Assembly: GCF_009914755.1 (NCBI RefSeq)
Contig: NC_060931.1
Direction: 5' to 3' (one strand)
Length of the DNA stretch: 64,000 nt
DNA from: the human T2T-CHM13v2.0 reference genome, Homo sapiens
Each line of letters begins with the position of its first letter. Position 1 is the first letter of the stretch. A program made the translations under genes and the position numbers. A model generated the notes under the pieces. The model saw nothing but the letters and a program-made list of their open reading frames with translations. It was not told where the DNA came from and made no database searches. This document shows positions 32,736 to 47,747 of this stretch, in pieces.

Positions 32736-32778
<43 letters not shown>
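32736..32778. repeat. (TG)n microsatellite forming an Alu tail
   Basis: About 21 TG units. Confidence 0.97.
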
Positions 32779-32780
<2 letters not shown>

Positions 32781-33075
32781 CAGGGTCTCACTGTATCAGA
32801 GGCTGGAGTGCAGGGGCTGGATCATAGCTCACTGCAACTATAGCTTCTACCCCCTGAACTTAAGCAATCCTCCTGCCTGCCGCCTCCCCTCAATCTCCCA
32901 ACTAGCTGGGACTACAGGTTCATGCCACCATGCCTGGCTATGTAAAAACAAAAATTGTAGAGATGAAGTCTTGCTATGTTGCCCATGCTGGTCCCAAACT
33001 CCCGGCCTCAAGTGATCCTCCTGCCTCAGCCTCCCAAAGTACTGGGCTTACAGGCATGAGCCACTGCACCCGGCC
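32779..33075 (-). mobile_element. AluJ
   Basis: Reverse Alu; TSD cttctgtgacttc. Confidence 0.92.
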
Positions 33076-33534
33076 CTTCTGTGACTTCCAACTGCCTATT
33101 ATTTTGACCTACTGTAGCTTCCAGCTTTAATGATATTCTCTTGGATAGAAAGACTCCAGTGGCCCCACCCCCCACGCTAAACCTTTTGAATGCACTTTAG
33201 TCTCACTCAGAAATTCCATGTCAATTAGCATTGTTCACAAGAAAGGAAAGACAGCATTCAATAGACCTACCATGAACCAGGCACTTTCTGTGTTTTATTT
33301 CATTTAGATTTCTATCATCATCATCACAACCAATTTTTACAGATGAAAAAATAGTCTCAGAGAAGTTCGGTGAGTAACTTGTCCAAATTATTGCAGTGAG
33401 CAAGCAGCCAGAGGCTAAATTACCGCCACCTTATTATTTTTTGACACCATGGCCTTCAGCAGCCAATATCACATTTTGTAAGATGAGGGACTCCAGGCTC
33501 AATACATTCAAGAGAATCACCTCTGACCCCTGCA

Positions 33535-33872
33535 CTTTTTTTATTTTTATGGTGGGGTTCACTCTGTCACCCAGGCTGGAGTGGAGTGGCATGGCACGAT
33601 CACAGCTCACTGCAACCTCAACCTCCTGAATTCAAGCAGATTACAGGCGTGAGCCACTGGGCCCAGCAAGACAGGAATTTTGATTAGAGACCCAGGTCCT
33701 GTGCTTGGCATGTCACCAGGTTTATTTATGACTTATTCATATTGATTGACTGATTGAGATAGGGTCTTGCTATGTTGCCCAGACCTGTCTCGATCTCCTG
33801 ACCTGAAGTGATCCTCCTGCCTCAAGCCTCCCAAAGTGCTGAGACGACAGGCATGAGCCACTGTGCCTGGCT
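33535..33872 (-). mobile_element. Internally deleted Alu plus a FLAM-like monomer
   Basis: Alu pieces at ~33535-33667 and ~33745-33872. Confidence 0.8.
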
Positions 33873-34411
33873 CCTGCCCATTCTTAGACTCAAGTTCTGC
33901 ATTTCTAGCTGTCTCTTGGACAACTTGGTAGCATCTCAAACTCAACATCCACGTGGTCATAGAACTGAGTCCAGGTGAATAGGATGTGAGTGGATGTATC
34001 TGTTTCCATGTCGTGTGGCTCAAACGCAGATGTGGTCATGTACCAACTCCAAACCCAAGGACACAGATAAGGCCTAGGTCCCTCCTGGACTCCCTGGCAC
34101 AGATCCTGTCTGCCCATTCTGAAAGGGTATGGAGAAGAGAAATGTGCTCCTCTCCTGTCAAAGCCACAGCATACTAGGGTTTCTTTGCAGAGCAGCTTGC
34201 TTGGTCTCCTTTGAGACAACTTCACTCCTTTTCCTCTACGAAACCGATCTGGTTCCCCCACCCGCCAGATGACACTGGGGCAATAAAACACTAGAAACAT
34301 ACTTGGAAGATGGAAGCATCCTGATAATGAAATGCTTCCCATCTCAGTGCATAGAAGGAAACCAGGTTGTACGGATCACTTACTGGTGTCAGACATTTTC
34401 ACATATCTTAT

Positions 34412-35125
<714 letters not shown>

Positions 35126-35149
35126 CTTAGGATTAATTATACCATTTCT

Positions 35150-35446
35150 CTCTTTTTCTTTTCTTTTCTTTCGAGACAGTCTCATTCTGCCGCCCATGCT
35201 GGAATGCAGTGGCACGAACTCACCGCAACCTCCGCCTTCCAGGTTCAAGTGATTCTCCTGCCTCAGCCTCCTGAGTAGCTGGGATTACAGGTGCCCGCCA
35301 CCATGCCCAGCTAATTTTCATATTTTTAGTAGAGGCAGGGTTTCACCACATTGACCAGGCTGATCTCAGTCTCCTGGCCTCAAGTGATCCAACTGCCTCA
35401 GCCTTCCAAAGTGCTGGGATTACAGGCATGAGCCACTGTGCCCAGC
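35150..35446 (-). mobile_element. AluS
   Basis: Reverse Alu. Confidence 0.95.
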
Positions 35447-35923
35447 AATCATGCTGCTTCTTTAAGTTAAAGTTTTCAATGACTTTTGGATGAAGTTCAG
35501 TCTTGGCTTCTTCAAAGCCTTTTTGGAGCAGGCCAGGCTGGAGCTAAAGCATTGCGCTGGCACAAGGATGCACAGACTCCTTAGTGAGCCCCTCCTCAGC
35601 TGGGCCTCCATCCACCCCATTCACCTCTGCTGTCCCCTTCTTGCTGTTTTTCCCTTTTCACTTTCTGGTTCTATCCTTGTGCCTTTGGCTCAGGCAGGCC
35701 CCTCTTCGTGGAATGCCAGAGGCATCTTATCTACCAGAAAGCTGGAACTCAACCTTTGAGACACTCTATTCCATTTCTTCCAGGGACTCTTCCCTTCTCT
35801 CCTCTTCCCTCCTGTGTTTTAGACTCTCCATTGTACAAGTAGACACACAGCTACCCACGAGATCCTATGGTTCTTAGCTATCCACCCATAGCAGACTATG
35901 AGCTCTCTGATGGCAAGAACCTA

Positions 35924-36222
35924 TTTTTTTTTTTTTTTTTTCTGAGACAGAGTCTTACTCTGTTACCCAGGCTGGAGTTCAATGGCACAATCTCGGCTCA
36001 CTGCAACCTCCGCCCCCTGGGATCAAGTGATTCTCTTGCCTCAGCCTCCTGAGTAGCTGGGACTACAGGTGCCCACCACCACGCCAAGCTAATTTTTGTA
36101 TTATTAGTGGAGATGGGTTTCACCATGTTGGTTAGGCTGATCTCGAACTCCTGACCTCGTGATCCACCTGCCTCAGCCTCCCAAAGTGTTGGGATTACAG
36201 GCATGAGCCACCGCTCCCAGCC
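35924..36222 (-). mobile_element. AluS inserted in an L2 3' end
   Basis: Reverse Alu; TSD aagaacct. Confidence 0.95.
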
Positions 36223-36729
36223 AAGAACCTTGCCTTATTCATTAGCTTGTGTAGATGCCAGCACAGTTCCTAGCACCTAGAAGGCTCTCAGTGAATATTG
36301 TATGAAATGATAACCCTGACAACAGTCATGTGAGGTCAGCATGATTTCTTTCCATTTGTAATCAGAAAATCTGACTCCGAGAGATTCTGACTTGCCCAGG
36401 AGCAAAGGTATCTAGTGTGAGGCTTGGGTTTTGAACATAGATCTGTCTGATGCCAAAATCCATGCTTTTTATATCCCTTTACAACTCCCTCTTGATATCT
36501 CTACCAAGTAGAGAGTGATTTCCTTTCAGAAAGACGGATTTTCTGGATTAAATGTGTCTAGACATCTCTCTCATCTTAATGCGGATTTGTTCAGAGCAAA
36601 GCAGCATCTCCCAGACTGGTGGCAAAACTGAAATAACAAGCAGCAGCTGCCACCTCCAGCAGCCCTGGAAGCCTCATCTGCACAGCTCCCTTGGCGTGTT
36701 GTCCTCATGGGTTCTGGAGACAGCCCTGA

Positions 36730-37110
36730 ATTTTTCTTTCCTTTCCCTCCCTCCCTCCCTCTCTCCCACTCTCCTTTTCTTCCTTCCTCCTTTTTTCCCT
36801 CCCTCCCTTCCTCCCTCCCTATCTCCCTGCCTTTTTCCCTCCTTCCTCCCTCCCTTTCTTCCTTCCTTCCTTCCTTCCTTCTTTCCTCCCTCCCTCCCCC
36901 TTCCTCCCTCCCTCCCCCTTCCTCCCTCTCTTCTTTTTCCCCTTCCTTCCTTCCTCCCTTCCTTTCTTCCTTTCTCCCCTTTTCCTTTCTTCTTTCCTCC
37001 CGTTGTTCTTTCTCCCTCCCTCCCTCCGTTCCTCCCTTCTTCCCTCCCTCCCTGCCTCCTTCGTTCCTTCCTTTCTTCCTTCCTTCCTCCCCTTCTCCTT
37101 TCTTCCTTCC
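36730..37110. repeat. Polypyrimidine (CCTT/CCCT)n low-complexity tract
   Basis: About 380 bp almost entirely C/T. Confidence 0.95.
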
Positions 37111-37797
37111 TAGCACAAAACTAGGCTTTCCCTTCTGCAATTCCCACCTGGGGGACGTTGATTTATTTTGGGCATTGGCAGCAGAAAGTGCATCTTGCTG
37201 TGGCTTTCATTTTGGTGATATTTGAGCTGCACCAGCAGGTGGGGCCTGAAGCTAGTTTGGCTGCCATCAGCCTTGTTTCTGGAGGGCCTGGAATTCAGGA
37301 ATGGCTTTCCCTTTCAGCTCCAACTTTCCTCTCCCCACCAAATGTTGATTTCAATTTGCCTGGGGTCTGGGTCCATCCAGACCCTGAGGGTTCCGGATGT
37401 TCTCCAGTTCCCAAACCAGCCTGCTCTGTGGCTTCTCTGAAGCTGTGGCTTGCTCATCTCAGCACCTACGCCATCAATCCAGCTTTCTCTGGTGGTCGCG
37501 CTGGGCTAGAAGGTCGGGCGCAGGGCGTGATTGTTGGGGCATAGGGCTTTTACCTGAAGCAGCTCCGATTTTTCAGCAGACACTACTACACACATTCATC
37601 TCCCTGCAGTTCTTGAAGCCTGTTAGTTTTCTGTCCCATGCTAAACTATGAGCTCTTTGAAGGCAAGAACCTTGTTTTATGCATTGCTTTGTGTGGGTTC
37701 CCAGCACAACTCCTGGCACCTGGAAGGGCATCATGAATATTCAGTGATAATTGTAATCCTGTCAGTGGTCCTGTGAGCTCCCTATGACTAGTCCAGT

Positions 37798-38105
37798 TTA
37801 TTTTTATTTTTCATTTTTTAGAGACAGGGTCTTGCTCTGTCACCTAGGCTGGAGTGCAGTGGCGCGGTCATAGCTCACTGCAGCCTTGACCTCCTGGGCT
37901 CAAGAGATCTCCCATCTCAGCCTCCTGAGTAGCTGGGACTATAGGCACTTGCCACCACATCTGGCTAATTCAATTTTTTTTTTTTATAGACATGGGGATC
38001 TTGCTATGTTGCCCAGGCTGGTCCTGAACTCCTGGCCTTGAGCAATCCTTCTACTCTGGCCTCTCAAAGAGCTAGGATTACAGGTGTCAGCCACCCTACC
38101 TGGCC
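37798..38105 (-). mobile_element. AluJ
   Basis: Reverse Alu. Confidence 0.93.
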
Positions 38106-38249
38106 ACTAGCCCAACCTATGTGTGGGTACTTGAAAAGTGGCCTTTGGGGAGAGAAGGAAGGTAGCATGTTTTCTACAAATGCACAAAGATTTTGCATTT
38201 GGTTCTAGTGTATACTTATGTAGATTATAATATTAAGAAAACATTTAAA

Positions 38250-38460
38250 ATGAATAGCAGTGCTTCTTATATGCCAAGCACCATGCCAATGCATTATCTG
38301 TAATTTGCTCTAAGTTCTCACAGCTACCCTTTGAGAAGGTGATATGCTTATCCACGATTTAAAAATCAAGAAACTATTGTTTAGAGAGGTTAGAAATCAC
38401 TTGGCTCAGAGTGGCCAAGCTGAGATTTGAACCCAGCTCTGCCTGATGTCAGAACAATGC
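38250..38460 (-). mobile_element. MIR fragment
   Basis: atgccaagcacc...tagagaggttagaaatcacttg...gatttgaacccagctctgcctga. Confidence 0.7.
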
Positions 38461-38653
38461 CTTTCTTCTTGCTGATTCTCTACTCTGCTACCAGAGCTGA
38501 TGTTTCCAGGATCTTCGATGCTGCCTCTGGCTCTGGGCCCTGCACAGAGACTCTTGCAAGAATGAGTACCCAAGCCCCAAAAGCGGAGGCTTTAAAAGAG
38601 TGAACTGTCGTGAAGTTTATTCTGATGCCAAAAGGGGGTTTGAGAGAGACTTA

Positions 38654-38978
<325 letters not shown>

Positions 38979-39452
38979 TTATGTGCGACTGATAAGCTCG
39001 ACTGTGAACTGTAACATAGGCAGCCCATAAAGAATAAGGGAGAGATTTATTAGAGGATGTCATATTTGGTTAAGTACTTTATATGTAAGATGAGTATTTC
39101 TCTTGTACATATTACATTTTCAATGGGTTTCCAACCATTTCCAATCCATTATTTTTAACTCCTTGCATTATATTGATGGTAAATTAATTACGACAATTAC
39201 AAGTCAAAAAACCCATATTGTCCAATTATAATTTAATTCATTTTAGCTCCTCTCTTTGAGTTTGGATAAAAAGCTAAAGCACTTTAGAAAATGCTGTAAA
39301 TTTCTCTAAAATCCTGTCATTGGGTTTCATATTTCTGTGGTGGTTTGAAGACAGGATGGAGATTCGATAGGGGACTGTGCTGGCAACCCAGGCAGCATCC
39401 CTCAGGGTAGTCCGGAAGCCTGTGTTCAAATCCAGCTTCAACAATCTGCTAG

Positions 39453-40743
39453 AATTGCAACAAAAACAATAATTGACAAGTGGGACTTAATTAAACTGAA
39501 GAGCTTCTGCACAACAAGAGAAACTATTAAGGGAGTAAGCAGACAACCTACAGAATGGGAAAGAATATTCACAAACTCTGCATCTGACAAAGAACTAATG
39601 TCCAGAATCTATAAGGAACTTAAACAAATCAACAAGCAAAAAATAGACAACCCCATTAAAAAGTGGGCAAATGACAGGAACAGACACTTCTCGAAAGAAG
39701 GCACACAAGCAACCGACAAATATATGGAAAAATGCCCAGCATCACTAATCATCAGAGAAATGCAAATCAAAACCACAATGAGATACCATCTCATACGAGT
39801 CAGAATGGCTATTGTTAAGAAGTAAAAAAATAACAGATATTGGCAAGGCTGGGAGAAAAGGGGACATATATACACTGTTGGTGGGAATGTAAATTAGCCC
39901 AGCCATTGTGGAGAGCAGTTTGGAGATTTCTCAATGGAAGAGTTAGACACCATTCAACCCGGCAATTCCATTACTGGGTATATATTTCAAAGGATAATAA
40001 ATTGTTCTACTAAAAACAGAACAATTTATTTCCCTTTGAATATATACCTGGTAAGGCCAAGTTTCATTGACATGCATGCGTATGTTTGTCGCAGCACTAT
40101 TCACAAGAGCAAAGACAAGGAATCAACCCAGGTTTCCATCAATGATGGATTGGACAAAGACAATGTGGTGTATGCACACCACGGAATACTGTGCAGCCAT
40201 GAAAAAGAAAGAAATCATGTCCTTTGCAGTAGTATGGATGAAGCTGGAGGGCATTATCCTAAGCCAATTAATGCAGGAACAGAAAACCAAATACTGCATG
40301 TTCTCACTTATAAGTGGGAGCTAAACATTGGGCATGCACGGACACAAAGTTGGGAATAATAGATGCTGTGGACTATAAGAGGGGATAGAAAGGGATAGGG
40401 GCAATGAGTGAAAAACTGCCTATTGGGTACTATGCTCACTACCTGGGTGATGGGATCATTTTTTTTCTTTGAGGTGTGATTTCTTTTTGATTTCCCTTCT
40501 CATTTGTGTACCATGTGGAGGCCCTGGTCCATCACAGATCCCATGAGGCTGTCCAAGTTTTGAGGCCTTTCTGGTACTAGCATTAGTGGCCCTCAGGGAG
40601 GTCCCCAAGTGATGTAGGCCCTGATTTAGGGTCACAGTCCCAAACCTCAGTATCACACAATATACCCACATTACAAACCTGCATATGCACGTGTATCCCC
40701 AAATCTAAAATAGATGTTGAAAAACAAAGCAAAACCAAAAACC
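39453..40743 (+). mobile_element. 5'-truncated primate L1 (L1PA15/16-like) inserted in a MIR
   Basis: ORF2 C-terminal text ([11 protein letters not shown]...[13 protein letters not shown]) plus 3' UTR; TSD caatctgctag at 39442-39452 and 40744-40754. Confidence 0.92.
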
Positions 40744-40903
40744 CAATCTGCTAGTTGTAACCTTGGACAGGCACTTAATCTCTCTGTGCCTTTGTTTTCT
40801 TATCTGTAAAATGGGGTTAGTGACAGAGTTCCCACTTCACAGGGCCATTTTGAGGATTAAATGAGTTAGCATAGCTAACACCCCAGGAACACACAGTGAG
40901 CAC
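40744..40903 (+). mobile_element. MIR (3' part; 5' part at ~39380-39452)
   Basis: ccttggacaggcacttaatctctctgtgcctttgttttcttatctgtaaaatgggg. Confidence 0.8.
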
Positions 40904-41263
40904 TGCTATGGTTTGGCTGTGTCCCCACCCAAATCTCATCTTGAATTGTAGCTCCCATAATTCCCACATGTCATGGGAGGAGCCTGGTGGGAGGTGATTG
41001 ACTCATGGGGGTGGGTCTTTCCCATGCTGTTCTCATGATAGTGAATAAGTCTCACAAGATATGATGGTTGTAAAAAGGGGAGTTTCCCTGCACAAGCTCT
41101 CTTCTCTTGTCTGCTGCCACGTGAAACATGCCTTTCACCTTCCACCATGATTCTGAGGCCTCCCTGGCCATGTGGAACTGTAAGTCCATTAAACCTCTTT
41201 CTTTTTTTAAATTGCCCAGTCTCAGGTATGCCTTTATCAGCAGTGTGAAAATGGACTAATACA
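40904..41263 (+). mobile_element. THE1B-like MaLR solo LTR
   Basis: tgctatggtttggctgtgtccccacccaaatctc...ggactaataca; 5-bp TSD AGCAC. Confidence 0.92.
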
Positions 41264-41439
41264 AGCACCCTGTAAGTCTTGGCTGTACTTAATGCTGCTA
41301 GGCTCTAGGGGAAGGATGACATCTGAACCAATTTTAGCCAATTGATAGTGCTTTTCTGGGGCACGATGTGAAAACAGACCCAAAGACCCAGGCTGAGCTC
41401 AGCATAGAGTGCAGGGATCAATGGGCAATGTCTGCCATG

Positions 41440-42050
<611 letters not shown>

Positions 42051-42817
42051 CTAACGAGGGGACTGAGCTTCTTTTAATTCCTCCTAAATCCTCAGTACTC
42101 AGCACAGCATGTGGCACCTACTAGGCCAGTTCCTGATAACAGCCCTGTGTCCTCACACAGGACTGCCCGAGGCTGGTCCTGTCCTGCACACCTCAGTCTT
42201 TCAGCCAACAAATTGCTCTTTTTCTGCTTCAGCCAGTTTGGGCTGGGTTTTCTGTCATGGGAATAAAAACGTCTTAACTGATCCAAACAGAAAACCATGT
42301 CCTTTTGAGGGATTTGGCGAGACCATCTCTACAGCTGATGCTGTCAGAGCATGACAGCCTGATGCATCCAGCTCTACTCTTGGAAATAACATCCCCTAAA
42401 CCATTTCATCATGTTAATTGCATCCTGGGCTCTGAGAATTCCTCCCAGTGGACAGGTCGGTGATCAAGGTCACCTATATCCATGCTGGCCATCACTTTCC
42501 TTGACTCATTTCTTCTTAGGATATTGTGAATGTCATTGATTGGGCCTCAGATAAGCCATCTTGTTCTTGCCTTCTGCCTGGGTCTGTCTCTTGAGATGAT
42601 TTTATACATATCCAATCTCATCTGCCATGTCTTAATTTTATTAACCAAGCTCTCCAAATCCTGGGAGGCTCTTGCTGTCATCTCATACTGTGCACAAGTG
42701 GGAGGGTTTCCTAGGCTGACTTGCCTGTTCCCTGAAGCATCGGAAACCTGCATAAGGGTTAGGGATGGAGCCAACATCACTTGGCTTTGGCCAGAGCCTT
42801 TGTATCATTTTAACCTA

Positions 42818-43150
42818 TTTATTTATTTACTTACTTATTTATTTATTTATTTATTTATTTATTTTTTGAGACAGAGTCTTGTTCTGTCGCCCAGGCTGGA
42901 GTGCAGTGGCACAATCTTGGTTCACTGCAACCTTTGCCTCTGGGTTCAAGTGATTCTCCTGCCTCAGCTTCCCTGAGTAGCTGGGATTACAGGTGCCTGC
43001 CACCATGCCCGGCTAATTTTTGTATTTGTAGCAGAGGTGGGGTTTTGCCATGTTAGCCAGGCTGGTCTCAAACTCCTGACCTCAAGTGATCCACCCACCT
43101 CAGCCTCCCAAATTGTTGGGATTCCAGGCGTGAGCCACCGCATACTGCCC
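42818..43150 (-). mobile_element. AluS with (TTTA)n tail
   Basis: Reverse Alu. Confidence 0.95.
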
Positions 43151-43484
43151 ATTTTAATCTCTTGAAGGCCAAGCTTCACTGATTGGCATACGAGGCTGGG
43201 CTTGTCCTATCACCAACTGCTTCACACCTTCCTTCCTGATTCTGCCTGTTTTACTCTCACTGTTCCTTCCCTGGAGGGTTGCATCCCACAGTCAATGAGC
43301 ATTCCAGTCTTCAGGGATCTCTTTCTGTTCTGAATCTCTGGAGCAATGTCAATGTCAGGTCTGGCATGAACACAGGGTCTCTCTTACTAGACAGGGACCC
43401 TTGAAGGCAGGGACCATGTCTTAGTCATTGCTGTATGCCCAGCTCTTGCAAGGCCTGGGCAAAACAAAAACAAAAACAAAAACA

Positions 43485-43850
<366 letters not shown>

Positions 43851-44827
43851 TCAACTCCATTGGCCTGGAGGCCAATCTATTTCAGTCTCACTGGGTCTGA
43901 CGATAATCTTGGATCCTCTTGCTTTCTTCCAGCACACCATGTTGTATTCATGCCTCTTCACTTTCTCAAGCTCTTCTTTTTCCTGAAATCGTTTCTCTCC
44001 TTCCTGACCTGCTTCACCCCCAAGGGTCTTCCAGGCTAACTCTAGTGTGGTACGATGTGTTCTGCCTGCATTGTGCAACCTCACAGGAACCCAGTCTGCA
44101 AGGCTGTGTCCAGGCCTGAAGCATCCCCAAAGCCTGATATGTGTCTTGTTCATCTCTACAGCTCTTAGGCCTAGCACAGATGCCAATGAATAATGCCAGT
44201 GAATCACTGGGGACCACCTGGCCATCACCGGAGCTCTGTGATACCACAGAGGCATCCTGGTGCAGGGAGCAGTCACTTCCTGTCCCATTCCTCCTTCTCT
44301 TATTTCTAATTAGAATTTCTCAAAATTCCTGGTTATGTACAAGGGTAGACCAGGTCATTTTCCTGCAGTTTGACACTAATGAAAGCCGCTAGACTGTCTG
44401 AGCAGCACTGTCCCGGGCTGGGCTCTTAATCTGCTTATTATGCCTTTCCCAGCATGGTGAGGAAACAAAACTCACTGGCCTGGGGCCAGGAGGACAGTCA
44501 GCAGCAAGAGACGCCCTAGAATAAAATTAAACCATGTGACAATTTTTTAAAAAACTTTTCTTCCCCCAGTGTCACCAACACATGGAAAATGCTTTTATTG
44601 TTTTCTTTTCTTTCTTGTTTTTGCAGGAGGCGTCTCTCCCACAAGACCCCCCAACTAAGACGGAGCAAGAGAAAACAAAGAAAAACAGAGATGAATGAAT
44701 AAGAAGCAGAGGAAATGCTGAAGAGAAATAGATTGAGAGCAGAACACAATGGATTGAAGGATTCTGGACCCAGGCTAAGAGAAGGATGCTTATTTATGGG
44801 ACACCTGTATCAAATCAACAGCCAGTT

Positions 44828-45202
<375 letters not shown>

Positions 45203-46216
45203 TTAAAATATATACATGACTTAAATGTATACATTAATTTAAAAGACATATCCTGCATTAACCTATCCTGGGCTGCAAGGGAAAGACCTATTGTCAAGCC
45301 ATGAGAACTATCTCCTATTTCCATGCATCCCTTGAGGTGCCTGCTACCCATAGCATTTTGTTTGTTCAATCTGCTGTAATGCAATTTTACTCTATACTTT
45401 AGCTTAATTGGTGAAGTGTGAAGAAACAAAGCAAATATTTGTGCAGCTCGAATGTTGCTCTTGTAATTAGGAGGTAGTATTTCTCGGTGTTTGTGTCGGA
45501 ATGGCAATACACAGTCAGGGGAATTGATTTGCTTTGGGAATCAATAGATGTGGTTTCCATTGGCAGAGAATTTGAGGCTTCCTTTTGGAAACAGGAGGAT
45601 CCAGGACAGCTCAATCTCTAAACGCCTGGCTCCATTTAACATGGCAACTGGGCAGAGGTGTTGTTTCCAAGTTGGCTGTTTTTTGGCCCAAGAATGGTGC
45701 CAGTAAGCTTGGTGTTAATCTTGCAGAAACACAGAATCTAAAATGTGGTTCCTGCTCCCTGGACTACTTCCTCTGCTGGACAATTCCTGGGTACCTTGCA
45801 AAGCCAATGTCTATGAAAAGCCTCCCTCTGCTATCAGGTTGAGGGATCCCGTGTCCTCTGTACATCCTTGGTGCCTGTACTCTGTTCACCATGTCTTGGA
45901 GGTAACACACATCTACCGCACTGAGCCACAATAGCCATTGCATATATATGTATATGTATTGGCCATTGCATTTTTTAGATCTCTTTGGTTGCAGCTAGTA
46001 GGAACCCACTTGAGCTAGATGAAAACCTAAAAACTATTTATAGGGACATATGGGTACTTTCACTACCCATACCGCAGTCAATCAGAGGCTGAAGTGGAGA
46101 CTTGTCTTGTTATCACAGGAGTGAGGATGTGGCCTGTGTGCTGCCTCATCTTGCCTAGAACTGGCTGTACCTGCTATTCTTTTGCTTGTACCTTTACCCT
46201 TGGTTACCCTAATTCC

Positions 46217-46257
<41 letters not shown>

Positions 46258-46380
46258 ATCTATCTATCTATTTATCTATCTTCTATCTATTATCTATCTA
46301 CGTATCTATCATCTGTCTTCTATCTATCTATCTAATCGTCTATCTATCTTATCTATCTATTATCTATCTATATCTTCTAT
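46217..46380. repeat. (TCTA)n tetranucleotide microsatellite
   Basis: Pure ctat run followed by degenerate copies. Confidence 0.95.
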
Positions 46381-47201
46381 TAATTGTGGGTTTTTTTTGG
46401 AGGACTCTGACAAAAAGATAAACTTTTACAAGACAGTTTATCAGATTTTGAGTATTTTTTTCCCAAAGGTATTGAATCTGAAGGTTCAACCAGAGGAGAA
46501 CACCGAGGTTCTTCTCTTCCTTCCTCTTTCCTCTCCCAGGCCTCCAATGCTCTCCTCTCTTTATCAAGCAGAACAAAAATGATGACATCCATGGAAGAAA
46601 AAAAAATGGAAAGTGTTGGGGGAGAGGAGGGAAGGGAGGGAAAGCAGGAGGGCTCTGGAGCACGGAGGGTCAACTCTGCTGGTCCACGTGGCCATTGGAG
46701 GCACCCTGAGAGTCTGCAGAGGAGGGGCCCTGGGAATAAGTAAACTAGAGTGGTGACTTCCCTGCATGTCTGATTCCTCATTGCACAGGGACTTTATATG
46801 AGTTGGACTTCATTGCTTGAAACTGCAGTGGAGAAGAGCTGAACCTGATTTATCTTTCTTTCATATCCATACCCATTTATTTGCCAGTGAGGGAGGATAC
46901 CTTCCCTCCTCCACATCCTCAACCCTGCCCTTCAGTCCAGATCATGAACAGATGCTGGGAACCGACACCTGATTCTTCCAGTGTCAAACACAAGCAGGTG
47001 GACAGAGCCACCACAGAGCCAGTGGCCAGTTGACAGGCATCCCGTGTTCCAGTATTCCATCCACACACTCTCCAATGGGGTCATCTTTGGTTTAGGGGTG
47101 ACATTTGCTGTGTGTGGGCACTGTCTTAAGTTCCTTATATGTTCAGTACAGCTCTGGACCCAGAATAAATATTTGATAAATGGCGAGAACCAGAGACCAC
47201 C

Positions 47202-47747
47202 TGTACTAGCCAGGGTTCTCTAGAGGGATGGATAGATGTATATATGAAGGGGAGTTTATTAAGGAGTATTGCCTCACATGTTCCCAAGGAGAAGTCCCAC
47301 AATAGGCCGTCTGGAAGTTGAGGAGCAAGGAAGCGATTCCAAGTCAAGTCCCAAAACCTCACAAGCAGGGGAGCCGACCGTGCAGCCTTCAGTCCACGGC
47401 CAAAGGCCCGAGAGACCCTGGCAAACCACTGGTGTAAGTCCAAGAGTCCAAAAGAGGAAGAACTTGGAGTCTGATGTTTGAAGGCAGGAAGCATCCAGCA
47501 TGGGAGAAAGATGAAGGCTGAAGGACTCAGCAAAATCTAGTCCTTCCACGTTCCTCTGCCTGCTTGTATCCTAGCTACACTGGCAGCTGATTAGATGGTG
47601 CCCACGCAGATTGAGTGTGGGTCTGCCTCTCCCAGTCCACCGGCTCAAATGTTAATCTCCTCTGGCAACACCCTCACTGACACACCCAGGAACCATACCT
47701 TGCATCCTTTAATCCAATCAAGTTGACACTCAGTATTAACCATCACA
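47202..47747 (-). mobile_element. MLT2A-type (HERVL) solo LTR
   Basis: tgtactagccagggttctctagaggga...gtccaagagtccaaaag...cagtattaaccatcaca; TSD-like CCACC/CCAGC. Confidence 0.88.

Noticed and set aside
36552-37225. Long ORFs of 172-190 aa on both strands
   Set aside because: Artefacts of the stop-poor CCTT low-complexity tract.
39598-40359. ORFs similar to L1 ORF2p C-terminus
   Set aside because: 5'-truncated L1 with stops and indels; not functional.
46094-46582. 162-aa hydrophobic ORF
   Set aside because: Derived from the (TCTA)n microsatellite.
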